Positions 33,637 through 42,312 of a stretch of 64,000 nt of DNA are shown piece after piece. Numbering within the stretch: position 1 is the stretch's first letter; every line of letters starts with the position of its first letter. The position numbers and the translations under genes were made by a program. Source of the stretch: an uncultured Pelagibacteraceae bacterium (GTDB lineage: Bacteria > Pseudomonadota > Alphaproteobacteria > Pelagibacterales > Pelagibacteraceae); NCBI GenBank assembly GCA_902597865.1, contig CACJZL010000003.1, forward strand, positions 12,934 to 76,933. Direction: 5' to 3'. Below the pieces are notes generated by a model. The model saw nothing but the letters and a program-made list of their open reading frames with translations, was not told where the DNA came from and ran no database searches.

Positions 33637-34221
33637 ATGACAAAAACGCCATTAATGCCGATGGCAACTGCTGTTTGGCTTGTAGAAAACACAACTTTAA
33701 CATTCAAACAAATTGCAGATTTTTGTAACCTCCACGAGGTGGAAGTTCAAGGTATCGCAGATGGAGAGGTAGCAAAAGGTATTAAAGCTTATAATCCTAT
33801 CACATCAGGACAACTGACTAAAGACGAAATAGAATTGTCTAGCAAAGATCAAAATAGATCTCTAAAAATTACTAGTACCGATGTGGAAATTACATCTGAT
33901 GAAAAGAAAATTAAGAAATATGTTCCTTTGTCAAAAAGGCAGGATAAACCAGACTCTGTTTTATGGTTGATTAAAAGCTATCCGCAATTAAAGGACTCTC
34001 AAATAGCTAAACTTGTTGGTATAACAAAAAACTCAGTTGTATCTATCAGAAATAAAAGTTACTGGAATTATAATAATTTAAACGCAAAAGACCCTGTTGC
34101 GATGAATTTATTCACTCAAAAAGACCTTATCGAGGCAAGTGAAAAAGCAGAAAGACGTATTAAGAGAGAAAAAAAATTAAAAGAGAAGGCTTTAAAAGCA
34201 AGTCAAAGTCAAAATTCTTAA
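33637..34221 (+). CDS. DUF1013 protein (TrcR-like RNA polymerase-associated regulator)
   Basis: PLMP.ATAVWLVENTTLTF.QIADFC.LH..EV..IADGEVA, Y.PLSKRQDKPD, QI.KL.G.TK, WN..N....DPV. Confidence 0.9.
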   Translation: MTKTPLMPMATAVWLVENTTLTFKQIADFCNLHEVEVQGIADGEVAKGIKAYNPITSGQLTKDEIELSSKDQNRSLKITSTDVEITSDEKKIKKYVPLSKRQDKPDSVLWLIKSYPQLKDSQIAKLVGITKNSVVSIRNKSYWNYNNLNAKDPVAMNLFTQKDLIEASEKAERRIKREKKLKEKALKASQSQNS

Positions 34222-34230
34222 AAAAACTGA

Positions 34231-34276
34231 TAGACATGAAATTTTATAAGTGTTATTTAGACTTTTTTTTTGGAGG
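34231..34276 (+). promoter_or_regulatory. Putative rpsU promoter TAGACA-N17-TATTTA and Shine-Dalgarno GGAGG
   Basis: TAGACA 34231-36, TGt-TATTTA with the hexamer at 34254-59, GGAGG 34272-76. Confidence 0.5.
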
Positions 34277-34281
34277 ATGTT

Positions 34282-34476
34282 ATTAAAATAGACGTAAAAG
34301 ACAATAATGTAGAACAAGCTTTGAGAGTTTTAAAAAGAAAACTCCAAAGAGACGGTTTTTTTAAGATAGTCAAACTTAAAAACACCTACGAAAAACCATC
34401 TGAAAAAAAAAAAAGAATCCTGCAAGAGAATATTAAAAGAGTTAAAAAACTTAACAAACTTAAAAACAGAATTTAA
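34282..34476 (+). CDS. rpsU: 30S ribosomal protein bS21
   Basis: V.DNNVEQALRVLKRKLQ..G, YEKPSE. Start placed at ATT 34282 (5 nt after GGAGG, aligns with the homolog Met); track start TTG 34270 is the alternative. Confidence 0.92.
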   Translation: MKIDVKDNNVEQALRVLKRKLQRDGFFKIVKLKNTYEKPSEKKKRILQENIKRVKKLNKLKNRI

Positions 34477-34479
34477 TAT

Positions 34480-34556
<77 letters not shown>

Positions 34557-34557
34557 A

Positions 34558-35250
34558 TTAAATTTTAAACCTTGACTTCTTGCTGTCGATTAGAAAACCT
34601 TTGACTGTATCCTTAGTTAATTTTTTGAACGATTTGCCAAAACTTTCAATTGTCTCAATAATTTTTGGAGGCACAGTTATTATTTGGCAACCCAATTCTT
34701 TTGCCTGTAAAAGATTATATGCTTCTCTTGTACTTGCCCACAATATTTCGACATTTTTAAATTTTTTTGAAATCTTTAAACTTTTTTTAAATTCAGGTAA
34801 TGGATTTTTTCCTGCATCAGCCATTCTTCCAGCAAATATAGATATTATTACTTTAGTTTTTTTATCTACATTGTTTAATATCCTTTGAGTTTGTACTGCA
34901 CTATAAACAGCGGTAATGTTAAGTTTAATTTTTTTTGAATTTAAAGCTTTGATTACTTTCCCAGAAAATTTACCTTTTGTATTCGAATAAGGAACTTTAA
35001 CAAAAACATTTTTTCCCCACTTGGAAATTTTTTTTCCTTGTTTTATCATTTCTTCATGATTATCTGCAAATACTTCAAAGGAAATTGGTTTTTTTGTTAC
35101 TCGTAAAATTTTTTTTGAATAATTTTGATAGTCTTTTGCTCCTGCCTTTCTCATTAAAGATGGGTTAGTTGTAAAACCCTTAACAATTTTTTTTCTATCA
35201 AATTTTTTGATTAAATTTATATCTGCGATGTCACAAAATATTTTTGTCAA
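34558..35250 (-). CDS. tal: Transaldolase (small TalC/FSA-family type)
   Basis: KIFCD.AD, GFTTNPSL, ISFEVFAD, VFVKVP (Schiff-base Lys), LNITAV, SIFAGRMAD, LWASTRE, IITVP. Confidence 0.9.
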   Translation of the reverse strand: MTKIFCDIADINLIKKFDRKKIVKGFTTNPSLMRKAGAKDYQNYSKKILRVTKKPISFEVFADNHEEMIKQGKKISKWGKNVFVKVPYSNTKGKFSGKVIKALNSKKIKLNITAVYSAVQTQRILNNVDKKTKVIISIFAGRMADAGKNPLPEFKKSLKISKKFKNVEILWASTREAYNLLQAKELGCQIITVPPKIIETIESFGKSFKKLTKDTVKGFLIDSKKSRFKI

Positions 35251-35251
35251 T

Positions 35252-36649
35252 TTATAAATTCTTAATTATATCTTCTGTCATTTTTTTAGCATCTGCAAAT
35301 AACATTAAAGTATTATCTCTATAAAACAGATCGTTGTCTATACCTGCATAACCTGGTGATAAACTTCTTTTGACAAACAAAACAGACTTGCTTTTTTCAA
35401 CGTCAAGTACAGGCATGCCATATATTGGACTTTGAGGATCTGTTTTAGCAACTGGGTTTGTAACATCGTTTGCTCCTATTACATAAGCCACATCGCAATT
35501 TGCAAAGTCATTATTAATCTCTTCTAATTCAAACACTTCATCATAAGGAACATTTGCTTCAGCTAACAAAACATTCATATGCCCTGGCATTCTGCCTGCA
35601 ACGGGATGAATCGCGTATGAAACTTTAACACCATTCTTTTTTAAAGAGTCTACCATTTCTCTTAAAGCATGCTGCGCTTGAGCAACAGCCATTCCGTATC
35701 CAGGAACAATTATAACTGATGAGGCATTTTTCATTAAAAAAGCTGCATCATCCGCATTTCCACTTTTAACTGGTTTTTGCTCTTTACTTGTCTTGCTTGA
35801 AGTTTGATCCGTTCCTCCAAAACCCCCAAGTATAACATTAAAAAATGATCTATTCATACCCTTGCACATTATGTAAGATAGTATTGCACCTGAGGAACCC
35901 ACTAAAGCACCAGTGATTATCAAGGCAGTATTTTCTAAAGTAAAACCTATTCCAGCTGCAGCCCAGCCTGAATAAGAATTAAGCATTGAAATTACTACGG
36001 GCATATCTGCGCCACCTATTGGAATGATTAATAAAAAACCAACTAGAAAAGAAATTACAATTAATGACCAGAAAAAATTAGGAGACTGATTCAAACATAA
36101 AAAATATGTAAGAACTATAATAGAAATTAAAATTAATAAGTTCAATATGTGCTGTCCTGTAAAAGTTATTGGAGACCCTGACATTAATCCTCTTAATTTA
36201 AGAAAAGCTATTATTGAGCCTGAAAAAGTAATTGCCCCAACAGCTGCTCCAATAGACATCTCAATTAGACTAGCTAATTTAATATTTCCTGAAGAACCTA
36301 AATTAAAAACTTCGGGACTTATAAAAGCAGATATTGCAACGAACACTGCAGCTAAACCTACCAAACTATGAAAGCCAGCCACTAGTTCTGGCATCGCAGT
36401 CATGGGTATTTTAAATGCAATAAAAGCACCTATTGAACCACCAATAAGCAAGAAAAGTATTACATAAAGAAATCCACTTGAAAAATTATCGATAGAAAGA
36501 AAAGTAACAGTTATAGCAATTGCCATTCCAATTATCCCAAACAAATTTCCCTGTCTTGACGTTTCGGGAGAGGACAAGCCTCTTAAAGCTAAAATAAATA
36601 AAATTCCCGAAATTAGATAGAATATTGCTAATAAATTTGCAGAGATCAT
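35252..36649 (-). CDS. pntB: NAD(P) transhydrogenase beta subunit
   Basis: MPELVAGFHSLVG, IGGADMPVVISMLNSYSGWA, PGYGMAVAQAQ, HPVAGRMPGHMNVLLAEA. Confidence 0.98.
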   Translation of the reverse strand: MISANLLAIFYLISGILFILALRGLSSPETSRQGNLFGIIGMAIAITVTFLSIDNFSSGFLYVILFLLIGGSIGAFIAFKIPMTAMPELVAGFHSLVGLAAVFVAISAFISPEVFNLGSSGNIKLASLIEMSIGAAVGAITFSGSIIAFLKLRGLMSGSPITFTGQHILNLLILISIIVLTYFLCLNQSPNFFWSLIVISFLVGFLLIIPIGGADMPVVISMLNSYSGWAAAGIGFTLENTALIITGALVGSSGAILSYIMCKGMNRSFFNVILGGFGGTDQTSSKTSKEQKPVKSGNADDAAFLMKNASSVIIVPGYGMAVAQAQHALREMVDSLKKNGVKVSYAIHPVAGRMPGHMNVLLAEANVPYDEVFELEEINNDFANCDVAYVIGANDVTNPVAKTDPQSPIYGMPVLDVEKSKSVLFVKRSLSPGYAGIDNDLFYRDNTLMLFADAKKMTEDIIKNL

Positions 36650-36957
36650 TTTTTATCTTTCTTTTTTTTTTTGTACATTGCCAACATTCTTTGTGTCACC
36701 AAGAATCCACCAAAAATATTTATTGCAGCCAATACAATAGCTAAAAATCCAAATATACTAGATTGATTAAAAACACTTAGATTTGTCCCAGCCAACGAAG
36801 CAATAATAGCTCCAACAATAATTACTGAAGATATTGCGTTAGTTACTGACATCAAAGGGGTATGTAATGAAGGGGTAACGCTCCATACAACATAGTAACC
36901 AACAAATATTGATAATATGAATATGCTTAATCTAAAAATAAATGGGTCTATTTCCAT
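36646..36957 (-). CDS. pntAB: NAD(P) transhydrogenase alpha subunit part 2 (membrane)
   Basis: VWSVTPSLHTPLMSVTNAISS, INIFGGFLVTQRML. Confidence 0.96.
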   Translation of the reverse strand: MEIDPFIFRLSIFILSIFVGYYVVWSVTPSLHTPLMSVTNAISSVIIVGAIIASLAGTNLSVFNQSSIFGFLAIVLAAINIFGGFLVTQRMLAMYKKKKKDKK

Positions 36958-36959
36958 AA

Positions 36960-38048
36960 TTACTTTACCAATGTTTCCTTAATTATTTCATCCTCTAAAT
37001 TAATATTAATGTTCTTTTTTTCCTTATCATAAAGATTTGATACAAAATTAAAAATATTTTTTGAGTATAAGTTTGAGGCTGAAGCTGGGAGTTTATTTAA
37101 TATATTTTTCTCACCCATAATTTTTACTCCATTTAAATCAACTTCTTCATCTGCTTTAGTTACAGCAGTATTTCCACCTTGAACAGCTGCTAAATCATAA
37201 ATTACAGAACCTGGCTGCATATTTTTAATCATACTTTCTTTAATGATCACGGGAGCTTTTTTTCCAGGTATTAACGCTGTGCAGATAACAATATCAATTT
37301 TTTTTAATGTTTCGGAAAGGAGATCCTCTTGTTTTTTTTTAAATTCATCTGAAGTTTCTTTAGCGTATCCACCAGAAGTCTCAAGATTTTCCGCACCTTC
37401 TACAGTCAAAAATTTGCCCCCCAAACTCTCAACTTGTTCTTTAGATGAAATTCTGACATCAGTTGCAAAAACTATACCACCCATTCGTTTTGCTGTTGCG
37501 ATTGCCTGTAATCCAGCAACGCCTGCACCTACAACTAAAATTTTTGCAGCTGGAATTGTCCCCGCCGCTGTCATCATCATTGGAATTGCTTTTTTAAAGT
37601 TTGCAAAAGCTTCCACTACAGCTTTGTATCCAGCTAAATTGGCTTGAGATGAAAGTATGTCCATCGATTGAGCTCTAGTAATTCGTGGTAGCAATTCTAA
37701 CGAAAATACATTGATTTTCTTTTTTGATAAACCTAAAATAATTTCTTTATTATTGTAAGGATTAAAAACGCCAATTAAATTTTGATTTTCTTTCAAAGAA
37801 TTTAAATTTTCCTCAGATGGTAAATTAAATTGAAGTATGAAATTAGAATTAGTCAAAATTTTTTTTTTATCTTCAGATATCTCTGCGCCTGAAGACACAT
37901 ATTCGTTGTCATCTATTCCAAGGTGTAGAGCATAATTTTTCTCTATTAATACTTTTAAACCTAGTCCAATAAATTTTTTTACGTTATCTGGAGTAATAGC
38001 AACTCTACTCTCAATTTTTCGATCTTCGTTTATGGAACCTACAATCAT
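36960..38048 (-). CDS. pntAA: NAD(P) transhydrogenase alpha subunit part 1
   Basis: E.RVA.TP, PRITRAQSMDILSSQANLAGYKAV, GAGVAGLQA, GGYAKE, TALIPGK.AP. Start corrected to MIVGS (38048); the track extension overlaps the upstream small gene. Confidence 0.96.
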   Translation of the reverse strand: MIVGSINEDRKIESRVAITPDNVKKFIGLGLKVLIEKNYALHLGIDDNEYVSSGAEISEDKKKILTNSNFILQFNLPSEENLNSLKENQNLIGVFNPYNNKEIILGLSKKKINVFSLELLPRITRAQSMDILSSQANLAGYKAVVEAFANFKKAIPMMMTAAGTIPAAKILVVGAGVAGLQAIATAKRMGGIVFATDVRISSKEQVESLGGKFLTVEGAENLETSGGYAKETSDEFKKKQEDLLSETLKKIDIVICTALIPGKKAPVIIKESMIKNMQPGSVIYDLAAVQGGNTAVTKADEEVDLNGVKIMGEKNILNKLPASASNLYSKNIFNFVSNLYDKEKKNININLEDEIIKETLVK

Positions 38049-38053
38049 TCTAA

Positions 38054-38164
38054 TTATAGTAAGAAAATAGCTAGAAGTGTAAGAATAACAATGACTGAAA
38101 TTGTCCCCCAAAGAACAAACTTAGTAAAATTATCCCATGTTTTTTTATGGTTTTCATTATCCAT
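38054..38164 (-). CDS. aa3-type cytochrome c oxidase subunit IV-like peptide (CtaH), 36 aa
   Basis: Manual translation MDNENHKKTWDNFTKFVLWGTISVIVILTLLAIFLL*; matches the family pattern MD..EH..TY..F.....W + one TM. Not in ORF track. Confidence 0.8.
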   Translation of the reverse strand: MDNENHKKTWDNFTKFVLWGTISVIVILTLLAIFLL

Positions 38165-38167
38165 AAA

Positions 38168-38293
38168 TTACTTCTGTCTAGCTTTAAATTTTGGGTTTTT
38201 TTTATTAATTATGTAAACTCTTCCTCTTCTCTTAACTAACTTTGAGTTAAGATCTCTTTTTTTTAATGATTTTAGGGAACTTTTTATTTTCAT
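38168..38293 (-). CDS. rpmJ: 50S ribosomal protein bL36 (zinc-free type)
   Basis: Manual translation [41 protein letters not shown]. Not in ORF track. Confidence 0.96.
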   Translation of the reverse strand: MKIKSSLKSLKKRDLNSKLVKRRGRVYIINKKNPKFKARQK

Positions 38294-38301
38294 AATTTGT
38301 T

Positions 38302-38419
38302 AGCCTGGCAACGTCCTACTCTTCCATGTCTTAAGACAAAGTACCATCGGCGCAGAAGGGCTTGACTGCCGAGTTCGGAATGGGATCGGGTATTACACCT
38401 TCGCAATAATCACCAGGCA
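38302..38419 (-). rRNA. rrf: 5S ribosomal RNA (stand-alone)
   Basis: Reverse complement TGCCTGGTGATTATTGCG...CCCGATCCCATTCCGAACTCGGCAGTCAAG...GCCGATGGTACT...GAAGAGTAGGACGTTGCCAGGC; helix I ends pair; conserved CCGAAC and GATGGTA/GAGTA. Ends +/-2 nt. Confidence 0.97.
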
Positions 38420-38424
38420 TAAGA

Positions 38425-38452
38425 CTTATACTTAAAATTTTTTAGTTGTAAA
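38425..38452 (-). promoter_or_regulatory. Putative 5S rRNA promoter TTTACA-N16-TATAAG
   Basis: Minus-strand hexamers with 16-nt spacer; the -10 ends 5 nt before the 5S 5' end. Confidence 0.55.
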
Positions 38453-38471
38453 TAATAATTTTAAGTTGAAA

Positions 38472-39401
38472 TTATCTATTTTTAAGAAAATCTCTTAAAG
38501 TAAGATCAAAACCATAATCCAGGTTGTTCGACGGTTTCCAGCCATATTTTTTTGCGAGATTTATATCCATGCATTTTTTAGGCATACCATCAGATCTCTT
38601 TTTATCATAAGAAATTTTTAGTTTTACACCTAATTTTTTCATAATATATTTAGCGTACCATTCAATAGTAAAATCTTTTCCAACACCAATATTTATAAAA
38701 GGCTCCTTAATTTTTTTATTCATAAAAAAAATTAGAGCATCTACAAAATCCTCCACAAACATTAATTCTCTTCTAGGTTTACCAGTCCCCCAAACGATTA
38801 AATTTTTTTTTCTTTTGATCTTTGCTAGATAAATTTTTTTTAGTAGAGCTGGAAAAAAGTGAGAATTTTTTAAATCATAGTTATCACCTGGACCAAATAA
38901 ATTTGGTGGCATTAAAGATATATAATTAAGTCTATATTTTTGAGAATAATTGTAACACATCATTATACCTGCTATCTTAGCAATAGCATAAGCATCGTTT
39001 GTTTCTTCTAACTTGCCACTCATTATATAACTTTCTTTCATTGGTTGTTTGCAAAACTTTGGATAGATACAGCTAGATCCTAAAAAAATAAGGTTTTTTA
39101 CTTTTGCAAGAAATGAACCATGAATTAAATTATTTTGAATTTGAAGATTTTCGTAAATAAATATATGTTTAAAATTAGAGTTAGCTTGAATTCCTCCAAC
39201 TTTAGCTGCTGCAATAACCACAAGGTCAGGTTTCATTTTTTTTAAAAATTTGAAAACTTTATTTTGATCAAGTAAGTTTAATTTCTTTTTTTCTGCAAAT
39301 ATTATATTTGAGAACCCTTTTTCTTTTAATTTTCTAATAACCGCTGAACCAACCATGCCTTTATGACCTGCAACAAAAATTTTACTTTTTTTATTGATCA
39401 T
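38472..39401 (-). CDS. fcl: GDP-L-fucose synthase
   Basis: AGHKGMVGSA, AAAKVGGI, FLGSSCIYPK, YAIAK, NLFGPGDNY...SH, WGTGKPRRE. Confidence 0.95.
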   Translation of the reverse strand: MINKKSKIFVAGHKGMVGSAVIRKLKEKGFSNIIFAEKKKLNLLDQNKVFKFLKKMKPDLVVIAAAKVGGIQANSNFKHIFIYENLQIQNNLIHGSFLAKVKNLIFLGSSCIYPKFCKQPMKESYIMSGKLEETNDAYAIAKIAGIMMCYNYSQKYRLNYISLMPPNLFGPGDNYDLKNSHFFPALLKKIYLAKIKRKKNLIVWGTGKPRRELMFVEDFVDALIFFMNKKIKEPFINIGVGKDFTIEWYAKYIMKKLGVKLKISYDKKRSDGMPKKCMDINLAKKYGWKPSNNLDYGFDLTLRDFLKNR

Positions 39402-40440
39402 TGCTTAAAATATTCATTTCCTCAGTTATCATTTCATCAATAAGTGTATGAATATTTATTTGAGGTTTCCATTTTAATTCTCTTCGAGCTTTTGCGGCAT
39501 TACCAAGTAGCGTATTAACATCTAAAGGTCTTATGTAATTTTTATCAACTAAAATTATATTTTTTTTATTAATAACATCATAACCAATTTCATTCAGTCC
39601 TTTTCCTTTCCAAGCAATTTTCATATTCAACTTTTTAGTTACAAAATTAATAAATTGTCTAATACTATATTGTTTTCCTGTTGCTATTACGTAGTCATCT
39701 GGTTTTTTTTGTTGAAGTATCTTCCACATCGCTTCTACATAATCTCTAGCATGACCCCAGTCTCTTTTGGAATCCAGGTTTCCTAAAACCAATGATTTTT
39801 GATAACCCATCTTTATTCTGACAAGTGCTTTTATAATTTTTTTTGTCACAAATGTTTCACCCCTTCTAGGACTTTCATGATTAAATAAAATACCGTTTGA
39901 TCCAAAAATATTATACGCTTCCCTATAATTTTTTGTAATCCAGTGAGCATAAAGTTTCGCGACACCATATGGGCTTAATGGATAAAAATTTGTTTTTTCA
40001 GACTGAGGTACATCCTGAACTTTTCCAAACATTTCGGATGTTCCGGCCTGATAAAATTTTGTTTTTTTTTCTAATTTATGAAACTTAATCGCCTCAAGTA
40101 TTCTTAAAGCACCAAGTGCATCTGCATTAGCAGTATATTCTGGGACTTCAAAGGAAACAGCTACATGAGATTGAGCAGCTAAATTATAAATTTCGTTTGG
40201 TTTTATCATTTTAATAATTTTTGAAACTGAAGTAGAGTCTGTAATGTCACCATAATGAAGAAAGAAATTTCGAGATTTCTGGCTTGGTTCTTGGTAGATG
40301 TGGTCAATTCTTGATGTATTTATTGAAGATGATCTTCTTTTAACCCCATGAACAACATATTTTTTTTTTAATAAAAATTCAGCAAGATAGGAGCCGTCCT
40401 GACCAGTTATGCCGAAAATTAAAGCTTTTTTTTTATTCAT
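39391..40440 (-). CDS. gmd: GDP-mannose 4,6-dehydratase
   Basis: GITGQDGSYLA, YNLAAQSHV, YQAGTSEMFG, SPYGVAK, NHESPRRGETFVT, RDWGHA. Confidence 0.97.
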   Translation of the reverse strand: MNKKKALIFGITGQDGSYLAEFLLKKKYVVHGVKRRSSSINTSRIDHIYQEPSQKSRNFFLHYGDITDSTSVSKIIKMIKPNEIYNLAAQSHVAVSFEVPEYTANADALGALRILEAIKFHKLEKKTKFYQAGTSEMFGKVQDVPQSEKTNFYPLSPYGVAKLYAHWITKNYREAYNIFGSNGILFNHESPRRGETFVTKKIIKALVRIKMGYQKSLVLGNLDSKRDWGHARDYVEAMWKILQQKKPDDYVIATGKQYSIRQFINFVTKKLNMKIAWKGKGLNEIGYDVINKKNIILVDKNYIRPLDVNTLLGNAAKARRELKWKPQINIHTLIDEMITEEMNILSNDQ

Positions 40441-40517
40441 GTTTACCTAGTATAATCTTTTTAAACATTTGTTAACACTTATTTTTTATCTTAAAAAGAT
40501 TTGAAAAAATTTAATAT

Positions 40518-42203
40518 CTAATTTCTAATCTTGATTAAAATCATTTTTCCATAACCTTTTTTAATTATAAAGTCTTGATTATTTGAACATTTATTAATAT
40601 CAGGATTGCAATTATTATATATATTTGAAAGATCTTTAAGTTTAGTGTCAACTCTAAAATGTTTTTTATCAGTGAAAAAAAACATATTTCGTTCAAAGTT
40701 TGCTTTATAAAAGTTTTGCTCGTAAAGAATTCTGTCAATGTTCCTCCCTATAAAAATTGAAACTACAAGGACGGTTAGAAAAATAGTTTTCAACGTGAAA
40801 TTTTTAGAAATTTCGTATTTTGATAATAAATGAGATAATGGAATAAAAAATATTAATGCAAAAATAATATAGCCTCCATATCTTAAAGAAGGGTGGTTAT
40901 AGAACCATTCTACAAGAAGCAAAATTATCAGACAATAATATAAAAAATTGTAATTTAAGCTTATATTGTCTGAGTCTTTTTTTTTTGATTTAAAAATAAT
41001 TATCAAAATAATAAATATCAATAAAAGGCCTACAAGAAAATCTGTCATTTTATTAAAGAAATACTTATCAATCCAATTTGATAACCAATTAAAATTTTGA
41101 ATATACAAATCTTTTTCCATTTCATGATTATAACCAGGGCCACCACCTGCCTTTGCCCACCACTGATAATGAGTGTTTAGAGTACTTACTTCTGTCTTTG
41201 GAATACCCCATTCTATCCCACTTATGCAAGTTTGTTGCACTGGATATAATAAACATCCAGTATTAAAAAAATAAACTAAAATTACGCAGATACCCATCAG
41301 AATAGAAAAATACAATATTGGGCTTTTAAAGATTTTATATATTAGATGAATTTTATTATCTTTCATGGTGTAGAATATGAAAGGGATAATAAAAATAATG
41401 TATAGAACATAAAAAGATTTTAAGGAAACTGTTATACTTAATAAAATTATTAATTTTGGCAATATACTATCAAAGTTTTCATAATGTCCTCGAAGGGAAA
41501 GAATATAAATAAAAAACAAAAATATGAGAATTTGTGCTGATCTATCTGTTCCGTGCTCTGCTAATCGGTAGAAAAAAATATTGATAAAAATAAATGCTAG
41601 TAAATTAAGAAAAAAAATATGATTGTTTTCTTTTTTTTTTAAATATTTTTTAATATTTGAAATTAAAATAATATTTGTAAATCCTAAAACTAATATAGCG
41701 CCCATATGATAAAGATAATAATCTAAATACGGTAGATAAAATAATGAGTTTAAATAGAAAATGGATGAAGGAGTTTTAAAACCGTGATTAATTGGTCCTA
41801 TTCCAATTATTATTGAAAATTTATTTAAATAATAACTATACGGAAAATGATAGTATCCAAAGTCATCGTGGGTTTTAAAAATTATGAAAGCTAAAAATAT
41901 AATTGAAAAAATTGAAAACAAAAAAATAAAATTTCTTTTTATTAAAATTTGAGATCTAAAGTAATATAGTGATACGAGACCAATGGTAATAAAAGTTATA
42001 TTATGAAAATAACCATGATTTATGAAAAAATGAGTAATATAAGAGTATAACATTAAGAAAAATATACCTGCCAAACCAACAAAACCTATTTCTTCTGTTG
42101 ATATATTAGTTTTTGTTAATTTAATTGCTAAAGCTCCGTGTCCAACTACAGATAAAACTATTAAAAAGTAGCTAATAAGAAATATAATATAATTGCTTAT
42201 CAT
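40518..42203 (-). CDS. Polytopic membrane protein, candidate GT-C glycosyltransferase
   Basis: 561 aa with roughly 12-14 hydrophobic segments, loop motif HDDFGYYH, and TDR, TGC..YP, P..RYG; sits in the glycan cluster. Function is inferred. Confidence 0.55.
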   Translation of the reverse strand: MISNYIIFLISYFLIVLSVVGHGALAIKLTKTNISTEEIGFVGLAGIFFLMLYSYITHFFINHGYFHNITFITIGLVSLYYFRSQILIKRNFIFLFSIFSIIFLAFIIFKTHDDFGYYHFPYSYYLNKFSIIIGIGPINHGFKTPSSIFYLNSLFYLPYLDYYLYHMGAILVLGFTNIILISNIKKYLKKKENNHIFFLNLLAFIFINIFFYRLAEHGTDRSAQILIFLFFIYILSLRGHYENFDSILPKLIILLSITVSLKSFYVLYIIFIIPFIFYTMKDNKIHLIYKIFKSPILYFSILMGICVILVYFFNTGCLLYPVQQTCISGIEWGIPKTEVSTLNTHYQWWAKAGGGPGYNHEMEKDLYIQNFNWLSNWIDKYFFNKMTDFLVGLLLIFIILIIIFKSKKKDSDNISLNYNFLYYCLIILLLVEWFYNHPSLRYGGYIIFALIFFIPLSHLLSKYEISKNFTLKTIFLTVLVVSIFIGRNIDRILYEQNFYKANFERNMFFFTDKKHFRVDTKLKDLSNIYNNCNPDINKCSNNQDFIIKKGYGKMILIKIRN

Positions 42204-42312
42204 AAAAGTATTTATAATGTATTCATAATTATATTGAATTAAAAAAGCTTACTTCTAATAATTAAATTTGGTTGTTTTTGACTTTTAATCAATTATATGT
42301 GTTCAAATTTAG

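Noticed and set aside
38049-38111. N-terminal extension of PntAA in the ORF track
   Set aside because: It is an alternate frame of the upstream CtaH-like gene; homologous PntA sequence begins at MIVGS.
40441-40517. JUMPStart/ops element upstream of gmd
   Set aside because: No GGCGGTAG-like sequence in this gap or in 42204-42312.
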